Below, one piece after another: positions 29,457 through 37,745 of a stretch of DNA of 64,000 nt (position 1 is its first letter; each line of letters starts with the position of its first letter). The DNA comes from a virus. The stretch lies in the UHGV virus genome UHGV-0021337. One strand, 5' to 3'. The position numbers and the translations under genes were made by a program. Under the pieces are notes generated by a model, which saw only the letters and a program-made list of their open reading frames with translations, ran no database searches and had not been told where the DNA came from.

Positions 29457-31955
29457 ATGGCAGGATCATTGTGGGGCGAGAGTTTCGAGATTCCTGAAAC
29501 TCCAAAAGTTGTTAAAAAAGTACTTGAGAAAGTAAATCATCCGAAAGATACAAAAGTTTCAGTTACAAAGACTATTAAATCTAACAAAGTTTCCGACAGA
29601 GATAAGTTGGTTTTAATTCGTGAAAATGTCAACAGAATTTTAGGCAAGTATGGTGATGATACTCAGTTAATAAAAACAAGAGAAGAGTTAACAAAGTACA
29701 TTGACTTTGCAATAAATTGTAGTGAGATAGCAATCGATACAGAAACAGATAATAGTTTGGACCCGATAACGTGTAAGTTAATGGGTGCGTGTATCTATTC
29801 TCCTGGACTTAAAAATGTTTATATTCCTGTAAATCACGTAGATATAAATACTCGTGAACGATTTGATTGGCAGCTTACAGAGGCAGATATCAAAGAAGAA
29901 TTTGACCGTTTAACAGCTGCCAAAACAAAAGTCATAACGCACCATGGAAAGTTCGATTATGAAGTTCTAAAAATGACTACAGGTTATGTAATGTCTGTTT
30001 ATTGGGATACTCTTGTTGGTGAAAAAATACTTGATGAAAACAAGCATGAATACGGCTTGAAACATCTTTATAGAGATAAATTTGACCCCGAACAAGAAAA
30101 GTATGACATAGAAGAATTGTTTGAAGGTGTCGAGTATGCAATAGTGGAGCCTGAGTTGTTTGCGTTATATGCAGCAACAGATGCTTACATGACTTACAAG
30201 TTATATAAATGGCAATTAGAACAATTTGACATTCCTGACCATAGCAGAATTAAGAATTTATTTCTTAGCATTGAAATGCCTGTCTTACAAGTTTCCGCAG
30301 AAATGGAACTTGCAGGTATATGCTTAGATCAAGAATATGCAAAGAGGTTAAGTGCTAAGTACGCAAAGAAGCTTGAAGATATTGACGAAAAAACAGAAAC
30401 GGAAGTTGCTAAATACGAAGACATCATATCTCAGTGGCGATTAACTACAGACGCAAACGAACATCCTATCAAGAACGGTAAGATGCAGAGGTCAAAAAGT
30501 GAACAATTAAAGTTTCCTGTAAACCTTGATAGTCCAACACAGCTCGCTATCTTATTGTATGATGTTCTTAAATGTGGTGTTGTAAATAAGAAAAAGCCCA
30601 GAGGAACTGGAGAAGAAGAACTTACAGCTATTTATGCAAAGTACAAGATAGAACTTTGTAACATAATACTAGAGAGAAGAGGTCTTCTTAAGTTGATTAC
30701 AACATATATAGATAAACTTCCACAGTGTGTAAATCCAGCAGACGGAAAACTCCACGCTAAGTTTAATCAGCTCGGCGCGGGCACAGGCAGGTTTAGTTCT
30801 AGTGACCCAAATCTTCAAAACATTCCGTCTCACGAAAAATCAATAAGAATGTTATTCGAAGCAAGTCCAGGGTGTTGCCTTTGTGGTGCGGATTTCTCGG
30901 CCCAAGAACCTCGTCTTTTAACACAGTTCAGCCAGGATTCTAAGATGCTTAACGCATACAAAGAAGGAAAAGACTTGTATGCAATAATAGCTCAACAAGC
31001 CTTTCATAATGGATACTGGGATAACATGGAGCATTACGAAGATGGTTCTCCTAATCCAGAAGGCAAGAAAAGACGTGGTATCGCAAAAACTTTGCTCTTA
31101 GGAATAATGTACGGAAGAGGTTGTGCATCTATTGCAGACCAAATAGGGTGTAGTATTCCCGAAGCTCAAAAAATCATTGATACATTCTTCGAAAGTTTTC
31201 CTAAAGTAAGGGATTGGGTGACTAAAACAGAACAAGATGCTAAAAAACTAGGTTATGTTGAAGACTATTGGGGACGTAGAAGACGACTTCCTGATATTAT
31301 GAAGCCTAAGTATACAATAACTGCTAAGGGTGAAGACACATCTATTTCAAAAGATTTCAACCCGTTGTTAGGTGCATTAGGTCTCGTTAAAAATACACAG
31401 GGCACATTGACTGAAAAATGGCAGAATGCATTGTCAAAAATGAAAGGTCGTAAAGAGTACGAGCAGATAAAATTGAACGCTGCAAAAGAAGGTGTGACGA
31501 TAATCGATAATGGTGCATTTATAGCACAAGCAGAAAGGCAGTGTGTAAATGCACGTATTCAAGGTTCTGCTGCAACGTTAACTAAACTAGCAATGATTGA
31601 AGTATTCCACGATGAAGAACTTAGAACTCTTGGATTTAAACTTTTACTTGCAGTTCACGACGAGTTGATTGGAGAATGCCCGATTGAAAACGTGAAAAAA
31701 GCAGCTGAACGTTTGTCTTATGTTATGGTTAATGCTGGAGTTAAGAATAACGTCGATACACCTATGAAGTGTGATGCAGAAATAGAGGACCATTGGTATT
31801 TCAACGAATATAAAACATTGATTAGGAAGGAATACGCAAAATATATTAGTGCAGGAGATAGCAAAGAAGTTGCGTGGAGCAAACTTTGTGAGGAGCATTG
31901 TGAATCAACTCCTGAGCAGTTAAAAATAATTCTTGAAAGCGAGGAGGTAGCGTGA
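29457..31955 (+). CDS. polA: DNA polymerase I, family A, with 3'-5' exonuclease domain
   Basis: Motif A GADFSAQEPRLL, motif B RRGIAKTLLLGIMYG, motif C LLAVHDEL; N-terminal exonuclease signatures. Confidence 0.85.
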   Translation: MAGSLWGESFEIPETPKVVKKVLEKVNHPKDTKVSVTKTIKSNKVSDRDKLVLIRENVNRILGKYGDDTQLIKTREELTKYIDFAINCSEIAIDTETDNSLDPITCKLMGACIYSPGLKNVYIPVNHVDINTRERFDWQLTEADIKEEFDRLTAAKTKVITHHGKFDYEVLKMTTGYVMSVYWDTLVGEKILDENKHEYGLKHLYRDKFDPEQEKYDIEELFEGVEYAIVEPELFALYAATDAYMTYKLYKWQLEQFDIPDHSRIKNLFLSIEMPVLQVSAEMELAGICLDQEYAKRLSAKYAKKLEDIDEKTETEVAKYEDIISQWRLTTDANEHPIKNGKMQRSKSEQLKFPVNLDSPTQLAILLYDVLKCGVVNKKKPRGTGEEELTAIYAKYKIELCNIILERRGLLKLITTYIDKLPQCVNPADGKLHAKFNQLGAGTGRFSSSDPNLQNIPSHEKSIRMLFEASPGCCLCGADFSAQEPRLLTQFSQDSKMLNAYKEGKDLYAIIAQQAFHNGYWDNMEHYEDGSPNPEGKKRRGIAKTLLLGIMYGRGCASIADQIGCSIPEAQKIIDTFFESFPKVRDWVTKTEQDAKKLGYVEDYWGRRRRLPDIMKPKYTITAKGEDTSISKDFNPLLGALGLVKNTQGTLTEKWQNALSKMKGRKEYEQIKLNAAKEGVTIIDNGAFIAQAERQCVNARIQGSAATLTKLAMIEVFHDEELRTLGFKLLLAVHDELIGECPIENVKKAAERLSYVMVNAGVKNNVDTPMKCDAEIEDHWYFNEYKTLIRKEYAKYISAGDSKEVAWSKLCEEHCESTPEQLKIILESEEVA

Positions 31956-32218
31956 CTTTTACATTAGATGGCGTAGAGGCAATAGGACTAGTAGCTACAG
32001 TCATTCTTGTTGCTTCTATGTGTTTCAATACTAAAACTTTTATCGGAACATTACTTATGCGAGTTTTGAATCTTGTATGTAGTGTTGTGTGGATTATATA
32101 TGCCTGTGCTCATACGCCAGGACTTTTATCAACTTTGGTTTCAAACATTTTGTTAACAATTATCAATTTGTATTTTCTTATCATTGCCGTAAAAAATAAA
32201 GATAACTTTGGTAAGTAA
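31952..32218 (+). CDS. small 3-TM membrane protein, SemiSWEET/PQ-loop-like fold candidate
   Basis: 88 aa, three hydrophobic helices; layout resembles SemiSWEETs (TM3 LVSNILLTIINLYFLIIAVKNK) but lacks the PQ dipeptide. Confidence 0.3.
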   Translation: MTFTLDGVEAIGLVATVILVASMCFNTKTFIGTLLMRVLNLVCSVVWIIYACAHTPGLLSTLVSNILLTIINLYFLIIAVKNKDNFGK

Positions 32219-32242
32219 ACAAAATAGTTTGTATACATATAT

Positions 32243-32302
32243 AGAGGGATGTTCAGTTGTCTACTCCCGCCCTCTTAAAAATAAATTAAAACGGAGACTA
32301 TT
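32243..32302 (+). ncRNA. preQ1 riboswitch-like element in the transporter leader
   Basis: AGAGGG-21 nt-CCCTCT hairpin followed by the A-rich tail TAAAAATAAATTAAAAC and SD GGAG; the loop CTCC can pair with GGAG; compare B. subtilis preQ1-I AGAGG...CCCUCUAUAAAAAACUAAGG; sits just upstream of a COG1738 gene. Confidence 0.5.
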
Positions 32303-33022
32303 ATGAAGAAATTATTAAACGAATACAAAATTTTATTACGAAATGTACCTAGTCTAATTGTTGGCTTGTTTATTGTTGCAGTTGTTAGCTGTAATATACT
32401 TGCAAATAAAACAATTGTAAGTGTTGGAGATTGGTTCGCACTAGATGGAGGAATTGTTGTTAGTTGGCTTATATTCTTGTGTATGGATATGGTAACTAAA
32501 CGATTCGGACCAAAAGCAGCAACGCGTTTAACTTTAGTTGCAGCAGGTGTTAATTTACTTGTGTGTGGTTTATTCTACATTGTTAGCGTTATACCTTCTT
32601 CAGCTGATGACTATACAGCACTAAATGGAATTTTAGGCGGTACTTGGTTTATTCTGATGGATAGTACAATAGCATTTATTGTCTCAGGAATAATCAACAA
32701 TTTTGTAAACGCTGGTATAGGTAAAGCGTTCAGGAAAAATCCAGACGGAAAACTTGCATATGTTTCAAGAACTTATGTATCTACGTTTATTGGACAATTT
32801 ATTGACAACTTAATTTTTGCAGTTTTAACCTTTATGGTATTCAGCCCTATTTTCTGGGACGGATTTAGTTGGACATTCTTACAGTGTGTAACGTGTTCTT
32901 TAACAGGAGCAATTGCTGAATTATTGATGGAAATCATCTTCTCGCCTCTTGGATATAAAATTTGCAATAAATGGAAAGCAGAAGGCGTTGGCAATGAATA
33001 TCTTGAATTGGTAAAAGCCTAG
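32303..33022 (+). CDS. yhhQ: YhhQ/COG1738 (DUF165) queuosine-precursor (preQ0/preQ1) transporter
   Basis: 239 aa polytopic membrane protein; motifs CMDMVTKRFG and QFIDNLIFAVLTF align with E. coli YhhQ. Confidence 0.65.
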   Translation: MKKLLNEYKILLRNVPSLIVGLFIVAVVSCNILANKTIVSVGDWFALDGGIVVSWLIFLCMDMVTKRFGPKAATRLTLVAAGVNLLVCGLFYIVSVIPSSADDYTALNGILGGTWFILMDSTIAFIVSGIINNFVNAGIGKAFRKNPDGKLAYVSRTYVSTFIGQFIDNLIFAVLTFMVFSPIFWDGFSWTFLQCVTCSLTGAIAELLMEIIFSPLGYKICNKWKAEGVGNEYLELVKA

Positions 33023-33033
33023 TTCATACAGAG

Positions 33034-33070
33034 ACGACACGAAATACGGCATCGTGTCGTTTTCTTTTTG
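33034..33070 (+). terminator. rho-independent terminator after the transporter gene
   Basis: ACGACACGA / TCGTGTCGT 9-bp stem followed by TTTCTTTTT. Confidence 0.6.
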
Positions 33071-33199
33071 ATTTATTCTTTGATTACCTTTATAATAAAT
33101 GTATAAGTTAGGAGAAAGCTAACTTGAACATTGAAGAAATTAAAAAATCTAATCAAACAACCTGAAAAGGTGAATTTATGAGTAGAGTTGGAGGTAGAT

Positions 33200-33460
33200 A
33201 TGAACTGGAAAAAAGAATTTATCAAATTATTAGAATCGAGAGCCTTTGCGACTAATTCAGAAATCGATGATTACGCTGACGAACACAATTTGCCAGTAGC
33301 CGACGTTTGGCAGTGTTTCTCGGAATATATGGAAGATTGTTTAATTAAACAGTCAATCGGAACACCTTGCGAAGGTTGCAAATACGTTGTTCAAACAAAA
33401 GGCTCGATACCTTGTTATGAGTGTTGTCGAAATAAGGCTGATTTTTACAAAAAGATATAA
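33200..33460 (+). CDS. hypothetical small Cys-containing protein
   Basis: ATG 33200 lies behind GGAGG; the track start 33188 is TTG. Confidence 0.3.
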   Translation: MNWKKEFIKLLESRAFATNSEIDDYADEHNLPVADVWQCFSEYMEDCLIKQSIGTPCEGCKYVVQTKGSIPCYECCRNKADFYKKI

Positions 33461-33489
33461 CAGAAGACACGTTTCATTAGGGGGTAATT

Positions 33490-33651
33490 ATGCGTAAAGA
33501 ACACGACGGGAAGATTTACTTCCCACATTATGAAGAAATTTTGCTCGAGGATGCTTTGACCGCGATGGTTAAAATTATGCAGGAAACTGGACATTTGTAT
33601 TACGTTGAATGGAACGGAAAGTTCTATTACAGCGACGAGGTAAAAATATGA
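33490..33651 (+). CDS. hypothetical small protein (53 aa)
   Basis: RBS GGGGGT 4 nt upstream; ATGA-coupled to the next ORF; not in the supplied track (under 60 aa). Confidence 0.25.
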   Translation: MRKEHDGKIYFPHYEEILLEDALTAMVKIMQETGHLYYVEWNGKFYYSDEVKI

Positions 33652-33851
33652 GATTCAACGGACAAAATATGATATACACTGCAGACGACGAATTTCCCAA
33701 CTGTAGCGTGTGTGAAAAACAAGACTTCTGTTATTTATGCATGGAGTGCGGTCCAAGCTTTGCGTGGCAACACTACGAAAGATCTGAAGACAATGCTGAG
33801 CTGAATCGTCTGTACAAGGAGCTTGAGAGGTACAAGAAACAATATGATTAA
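33648..33851 (+). CDS. small zinc-finger protein
   Basis: CSVCEK ... CMECG; the coupled start at 33648 is preferred over the track start 33609. Confidence 0.3.
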   Translation: MRFNGQNMIYTADDEFPNCSVCEKQDFCYLCMECGPSFAWQHYERSEDNAELNRLYKELERYKKQYD

Positions 33852-34029
33852 ATACTACACCGAGCGTGAGCTTGATTACAACGAAATTGAAACTCCATCC
33901 TCATATCCAAAAGAAGTAGTCCTAGACAAAATCAAAAATCTAGATAAACGAGATATAAAGTTTAAGCCTGTACTCGATCCTCAGTGTGTTATAACTACAA
34001 CTTGGACTATAAGTAATGACGATAACTAA
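33844..34029 (+). CDS. hypothetical small protein
   Basis: ATGA coupling; the track start 33823 lies inside the upstream gene. Confidence 0.3.
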   Translation: MIKYYTERELDYNEIETPSSYPKEVVLDKIKNLDKRDIKFKPVLDPQCVITTTWTISNDDN

Positions 34030-34081
34030 TTGATTGTTTATATAAATTATATTATAATAAGCATATAAGAGAGGTGTATAT

Positions 34082-34306
34082 ATGAATAACGAGAAACACG
34101 AAGTAACAAAAGAAGAAGTTGGAGAACAGATCTGGGAACTTTTCAAAGGTGACTCTAAAAAACATAGAACGCATAACTATGAAAAAACATATGATGGAAT
34201 TAGTCAATGTTTCACGTTACGTAATAGTAAACGATATTTAATAACACAGAATTCAAAAGATAACAACGATATAAAAGTCGAAAGATATATAAAAAATCAT
34301 CACTAA
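34082..34306 (+). CDS. hypothetical small protein
   Basis: 74 aa ORF with RBS AGAGAGGTG. Confidence 0.3.
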   Translation: MNNEKHEVTKEEVGEQIWELFKGDSKKHRTHNYEKTYDGISQCFTLRNSKRYLITQNSKDNNDIKVERYIKNHH

Positions 34307-34320
34307 GGTTTAAGTTAATT

Positions 34321-34524
34321 ATGAACTGTCCTAGATATATAAAAGACAAAATTCTTTTACGAGCAAAATACGCTATGAAATTTATGAAATTAGATTGCGA
34401 TATATGCAATTGGATGCAGGCTAATAATATAGATAGTGAATACTCTCTTCCCGGATATGTAGAAAGTCTGTGTGGTGGTTACAGTGCAGCTGAAGAAACA
34501 CTTCAAGACATTGAAAATTCATAA
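34321..34524 (+). CDS. hypothetical small Cys-containing protein
   Basis: 67 aa ORF. Confidence 0.3.
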   Translation: MNCPRYIKDKILLRAKYAMKFMKLDCDICNWMQANNIDSEYSLPGYVESLCGGYSAAEETLQDIENS

Positions 34525-34579
34525 AATTCGTGTTAATTAGACATAAGTTATTGTATAACAAATACAAACAGGAGGTATT

Positions 34580-35530
34580 ATGCCATATTATTTTTCTGGA
34601 GCATATAATCAGGCCTTGAAAATACGGTTAAATGTTGACCAACTATTCTCAGTGTATCATGAGAAAAAATTGATTGAAAAAACAATCTTATATAAAAGAG
34701 AACATCCTGAATATACCGCAAAAATTTTCTTAGACAGTGGAGCTTTCACGCATTTCCAGAATATGAAGAAAAAGGGAATCACGCTTACTGACAACGACAT
34801 AAAGGACTACACAGATAAATATCTTTCTTTCTTAAATGAATGGGGCGAAGACTTGGAGTGCTTTGTTGGCGTCGATAGTGTACCAAATCCAGAACACGTT
34901 GACCCAACGTTTGTTCATAAAACTTGGGCAAATTATTTGTATATGTGGGAAAGGTTAAAACCGAGTATTCGTCATAAATTGATTCCTGTTTTCCACTTTG
35001 GGGAAGATTTCAATGAATTGAAGAAGTGGCTTGAATATAGACATCCAGATGGAAGTAAAGTTGAGTATCTTGGTCTTGCAATTTCGTTGGAAGGAAATCG
35101 AAAAGTAAGAATTGCTTGGGGACAAGAAGCCGAAAGAATAATCAAAGCATCTTCTAATCCAAATGTTAAGACTCACGCGTTTGGTGTTGGGGTTAAGAGC
35201 GTTATGGAAAATATAAACGTAACTTCGACGGATGCCACGAGTTGGTTGAAGCGTGCAGCATATGGAATGATTTCGGTAGACGATAAGACTGTATATATAA
35301 GTGACTTGCAAGAACAGAAGTCCGACGGCAGACATCTTAAAGATAAGTCACTAGCTTATCAAGAAGAAGTATTTAAGAAAATAAAAGAAAAAGGCTTTAC
35401 GCTTGAGCAGTTAGCTACAGACAATTACGCGAGAGCGGAATTTAACATTTTGGATACGTTAGAATGGTATAATAAATTAGAAGCATCAAAACGTATCGAA
35501 AAGGGCGCAAAGGTTGATTTAGGTTGGTAA
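34580..35530 (+). CDS. dpdA: DpdA-like DNA-guanine transglycosylase (TGT superfamily)
   Basis: TGT substrate-pocket motif KIFLDSGAFTHFQ (compare LDSGGFQ); HAFGVGV; TSTDATSWLKRAAYG matches the catalytic Asp region FDCVxPTRxARxG; no Zn-binding Cys cluster, as in DpdA. Confidence 0.55.
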   Translation: MPYYFSGAYNQALKIRLNVDQLFSVYHEKKLIEKTILYKREHPEYTAKIFLDSGAFTHFQNMKKKGITLTDNDIKDYTDKYLSFLNEWGEDLECFVGVDSVPNPEHVDPTFVHKTWANYLYMWERLKPSIRHKLIPVFHFGEDFNELKKWLEYRHPDGSKVEYLGLAISLEGNRKVRIAWGQEAERIIKASSNPNVKTHAFGVGVKSVMENINVTSTDATSWLKRAAYGMISVDDKTVYISDLQEQKSDGRHLKDKSLAYQEEVFKKIKEKGFTLEQLATDNYARAEFNILDTLEWYNKLEASKRIEKGAKVDLGW

Positions 35531-37428
35531 TCTCAGACGAGATGAAACAAGATGTTGTTGAGTTCTATAAAACAAACTCAACAACAATTACTTGTGAACA
35601 ATTTCATATAACTTGGGACAGGCTTAAAAAGATACTGGCTGAATATGATGTAGCTCCACACGATGCAAAAATTAATAGAGAACTGACATCGTTATACAGA
35701 TTCGGAGTTACTAATGCAGGAAAATCTGTAGAGTTACAGGAAAAAGCAAAACAAACAACAGCGTCAAGATATGGTAGTTCAAATTACAGGAATCACGACA
35801 AAGCTCGTCAGACCCGTATAAACAAAGATGGCTCATTAGAAGCATCATATAGAAAAGCTCAGAAAAGACAAGAAGAAACGAACTTGGCTAAGTATGGAGT
35901 TAAAAGTTATTTTCAAACTGAATTATTTCAAGAACAGTCTAAGGATACTTGCTTAGAACGTTACGGCAAAGAGTTCTATCGTCAAACTCAAGAATATCAG
36001 GACCGCGTTAAAGAAACATCTTTACAAAAATATGGAGTAGAACACTATACTCAATCTGACCAGTATAAAACAAAAGTAAGAGATACTTGCCAAGAAAGAT
36101 ACGGCAACGATTCGTGGTTTGGCTCGGAAGCTGGTAAGAATGCTATCAAAGACAGTTGTTTACAGAGGTATGGTGTTTCTAACGCTATGCAGTCGTATGA
36201 AGTGATAACGCGAGCAAAAGAAAAGCTTGTTCAGAAATATGGTGTTGACAACGTTATGAAATCTTCAGATATCAGAAGTAAGCAAGCACAGTCGAGTCGT
36301 TGTTCTAATTTTGAGCAAGAAGTTCAGCATTGGTTGTCAAATAGAAACGTTGCTTTTACTACTCACTATGTTATTAAACAAGGAGGTTTGATTCACGAGT
36401 TTGATATTGCTTTATACGAAGGTAATCAGCTCGTTTGTCTAGTAGATTGTGACGGGACTTACTATCATGGATACAACGACGATATAAATGGTAGATCTGT
36501 AAACCCATACATAGATGAATATAGAATGCTGCTTGTTCCTAAAGATGTTTTATTTCTTGTGTTACTTCCAGACACTTGGCAAGAGCAGCTTGAAGAATAC
36601 TTTAATAACAAACAAAGTTACGAGCAAGTCATATTCACCTGGTGTAAATCTATAGACTTTCCATATCCTAACATAGACAATGTTGAGGCTTCCTATAAGT
36701 CACTGGTAAAGGCAGATGTGAGTAAATTTTCGATGAACGCTCGATATGGAATGCGAGTTATCGACGCTTTTCATAAATCTATCTGGAAAGCAAATAGAAA
36801 AGGTTTCTTGAGCCCTTATGCTGCTTGGCGTGATGAAGAATTGCTACGCAGATGTATCAATAATCGTATAATTTATAAAGGTACTAACTTAGACCCTTCC
36901 AAGGTTCTATACGGTTTTAGTGCTGCAAAGATTGCTCCTAAAGTGTCGATATTTAATCCTTATCTGGCTAAGTATTTGATAAATAAGTACTTGAACGAAT
37001 TTACAACTGTTTTTGACCCTTGCTCTGGATATAGCGGCAGACTTTTAGGCGCAACATCATTGGGTAAACATTATGTAGGACAAGATATAAATGCTACAAC
37101 AGTTGAAGAATGTTTACAAATACGTGATAAGCTCAATCTCGACGCTGAATTATCTGTTGTTGATTCTTTGAGTACTACAGGAAGTTATGAGGCTTTATTT
37201 ACCTGTCCTCCTTATAGTGACAAAGAAAACTGGAACCAAGAAATTTTGAATCTAACATGCGATGAATGGATTACTCGATTTATAGAAAACTATAAATGTA
37301 AAAGATATTTATTCATTGTAGACAAAACAGAAAAGTATAAAGATTATATTGTTGAAGAAATAGAGAATAAATCACATTTTAGTGAGAATATTGAATATGT
37401 TATATTGATAAATAGAGGTAATATATGA
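35524..37428 (+). CDS. multidomain protein: about seven 23-aa [KR]YG repeats, a PD-(D/E)xK (Vsr/DUF559-like) nuclease-like domain, and a Dam-like (D12-class) methyltransferase with CPPY in place of DPPY
   Basis: Repeats aa 70-250 (AKYGV..., ERYGK..., QKYGV..., ERYGN..., QRYGV..., QKYGV...); EFDIAL...LVDCDGTYYH; motif I VFDPCSGYSGRLLG and motif IV FTCPPY; overlaps the dpdA stop by 4 nt. Confidence 0.5.
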   Translation: MVISDEMKQDVVEFYKTNSTTITCEQFHITWDRLKKILAEYDVAPHDAKINRELTSLYRFGVTNAGKSVELQEKAKQTTASRYGSSNYRNHDKARQTRINKDGSLEASYRKAQKRQEETNLAKYGVKSYFQTELFQEQSKDTCLERYGKEFYRQTQEYQDRVKETSLQKYGVEHYTQSDQYKTKVRDTCQERYGNDSWFGSEAGKNAIKDSCLQRYGVSNAMQSYEVITRAKEKLVQKYGVDNVMKSSDIRSKQAQSSRCSNFEQEVQHWLSNRNVAFTTHYVIKQGGLIHEFDIALYEGNQLVCLVDCDGTYYHGYNDDINGRSVNPYIDEYRMLLVPKDVLFLVLLPDTWQEQLEEYFNNKQSYEQVIFTWCKSIDFPYPNIDNVEASYKSLVKADVSKFSMNARYGMRVIDAFHKSIWKANRKGFLSPYAAWRDEELLRRCINNRIIYKGTNLDPSKVLYGFSAAKIAPKVSIFNPYLAKYLINKYLNEFTTVFDPCSGYSGRLLGATSLGKHYVGQDINATTVEECLQIRDKLNLDAELSVVDSLSTTGSYEALFTCPPYSDKENWNQEILNLTCDEWITRFIENYKCKRYLFIVDKTEKYKDYIVEEIENKSHFSENIEYVILINRGNI

Positions 37429-37721
37429 AAAGTTATTATCATTATTATGATGTATGTTTTACAAAAGATGCTGCTGTTTTTGATAGAGAATTTACAACTG
37501 ATGACTGTGAAGTAATTGAAGGTTTAGATGATGTTACATCAAATGAATTACAACTAATCATTAAAGTGATTGAATACGTTAGACCCGATATTGAAAGAAT
37601 ACGTGTATTATATAATGTATATGAACATGACGATGATGCTGAAGATGATATATGTTTAACATGCGATAGCATATTAGATGTTGTTAGAGATAATGAAGGT
37701 AAATTTGTTTTAAATTGCTGA
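37425..37721 (+). CDS. small highly acidic protein (possible DNA mimic)
   Basis: 98 aa, Asp/Glu-rich (HDDDAEDDI). Confidence 0.35.
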   Translation: MKSYYHYYDVCFTKDAAVFDREFTTDDCEVIEGLDDVTSNELQLIIKVIEYVRPDIERIRVLYNVYEHDDDAEDDICLTCDSILDVVRDNEGKFVLNC

Positions 37722-37745
37722 TATAATGAATTTATTACATTTTAG

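Noticed and set aside
33609-33851. The track ORF starting at 33609
   Set aside because: The region is better explained by two coupled genes: 33490-33651, with a strong RBS, and 33648-33851, starting at the ATGA overlap. The 33609 start lies inside the first of these.
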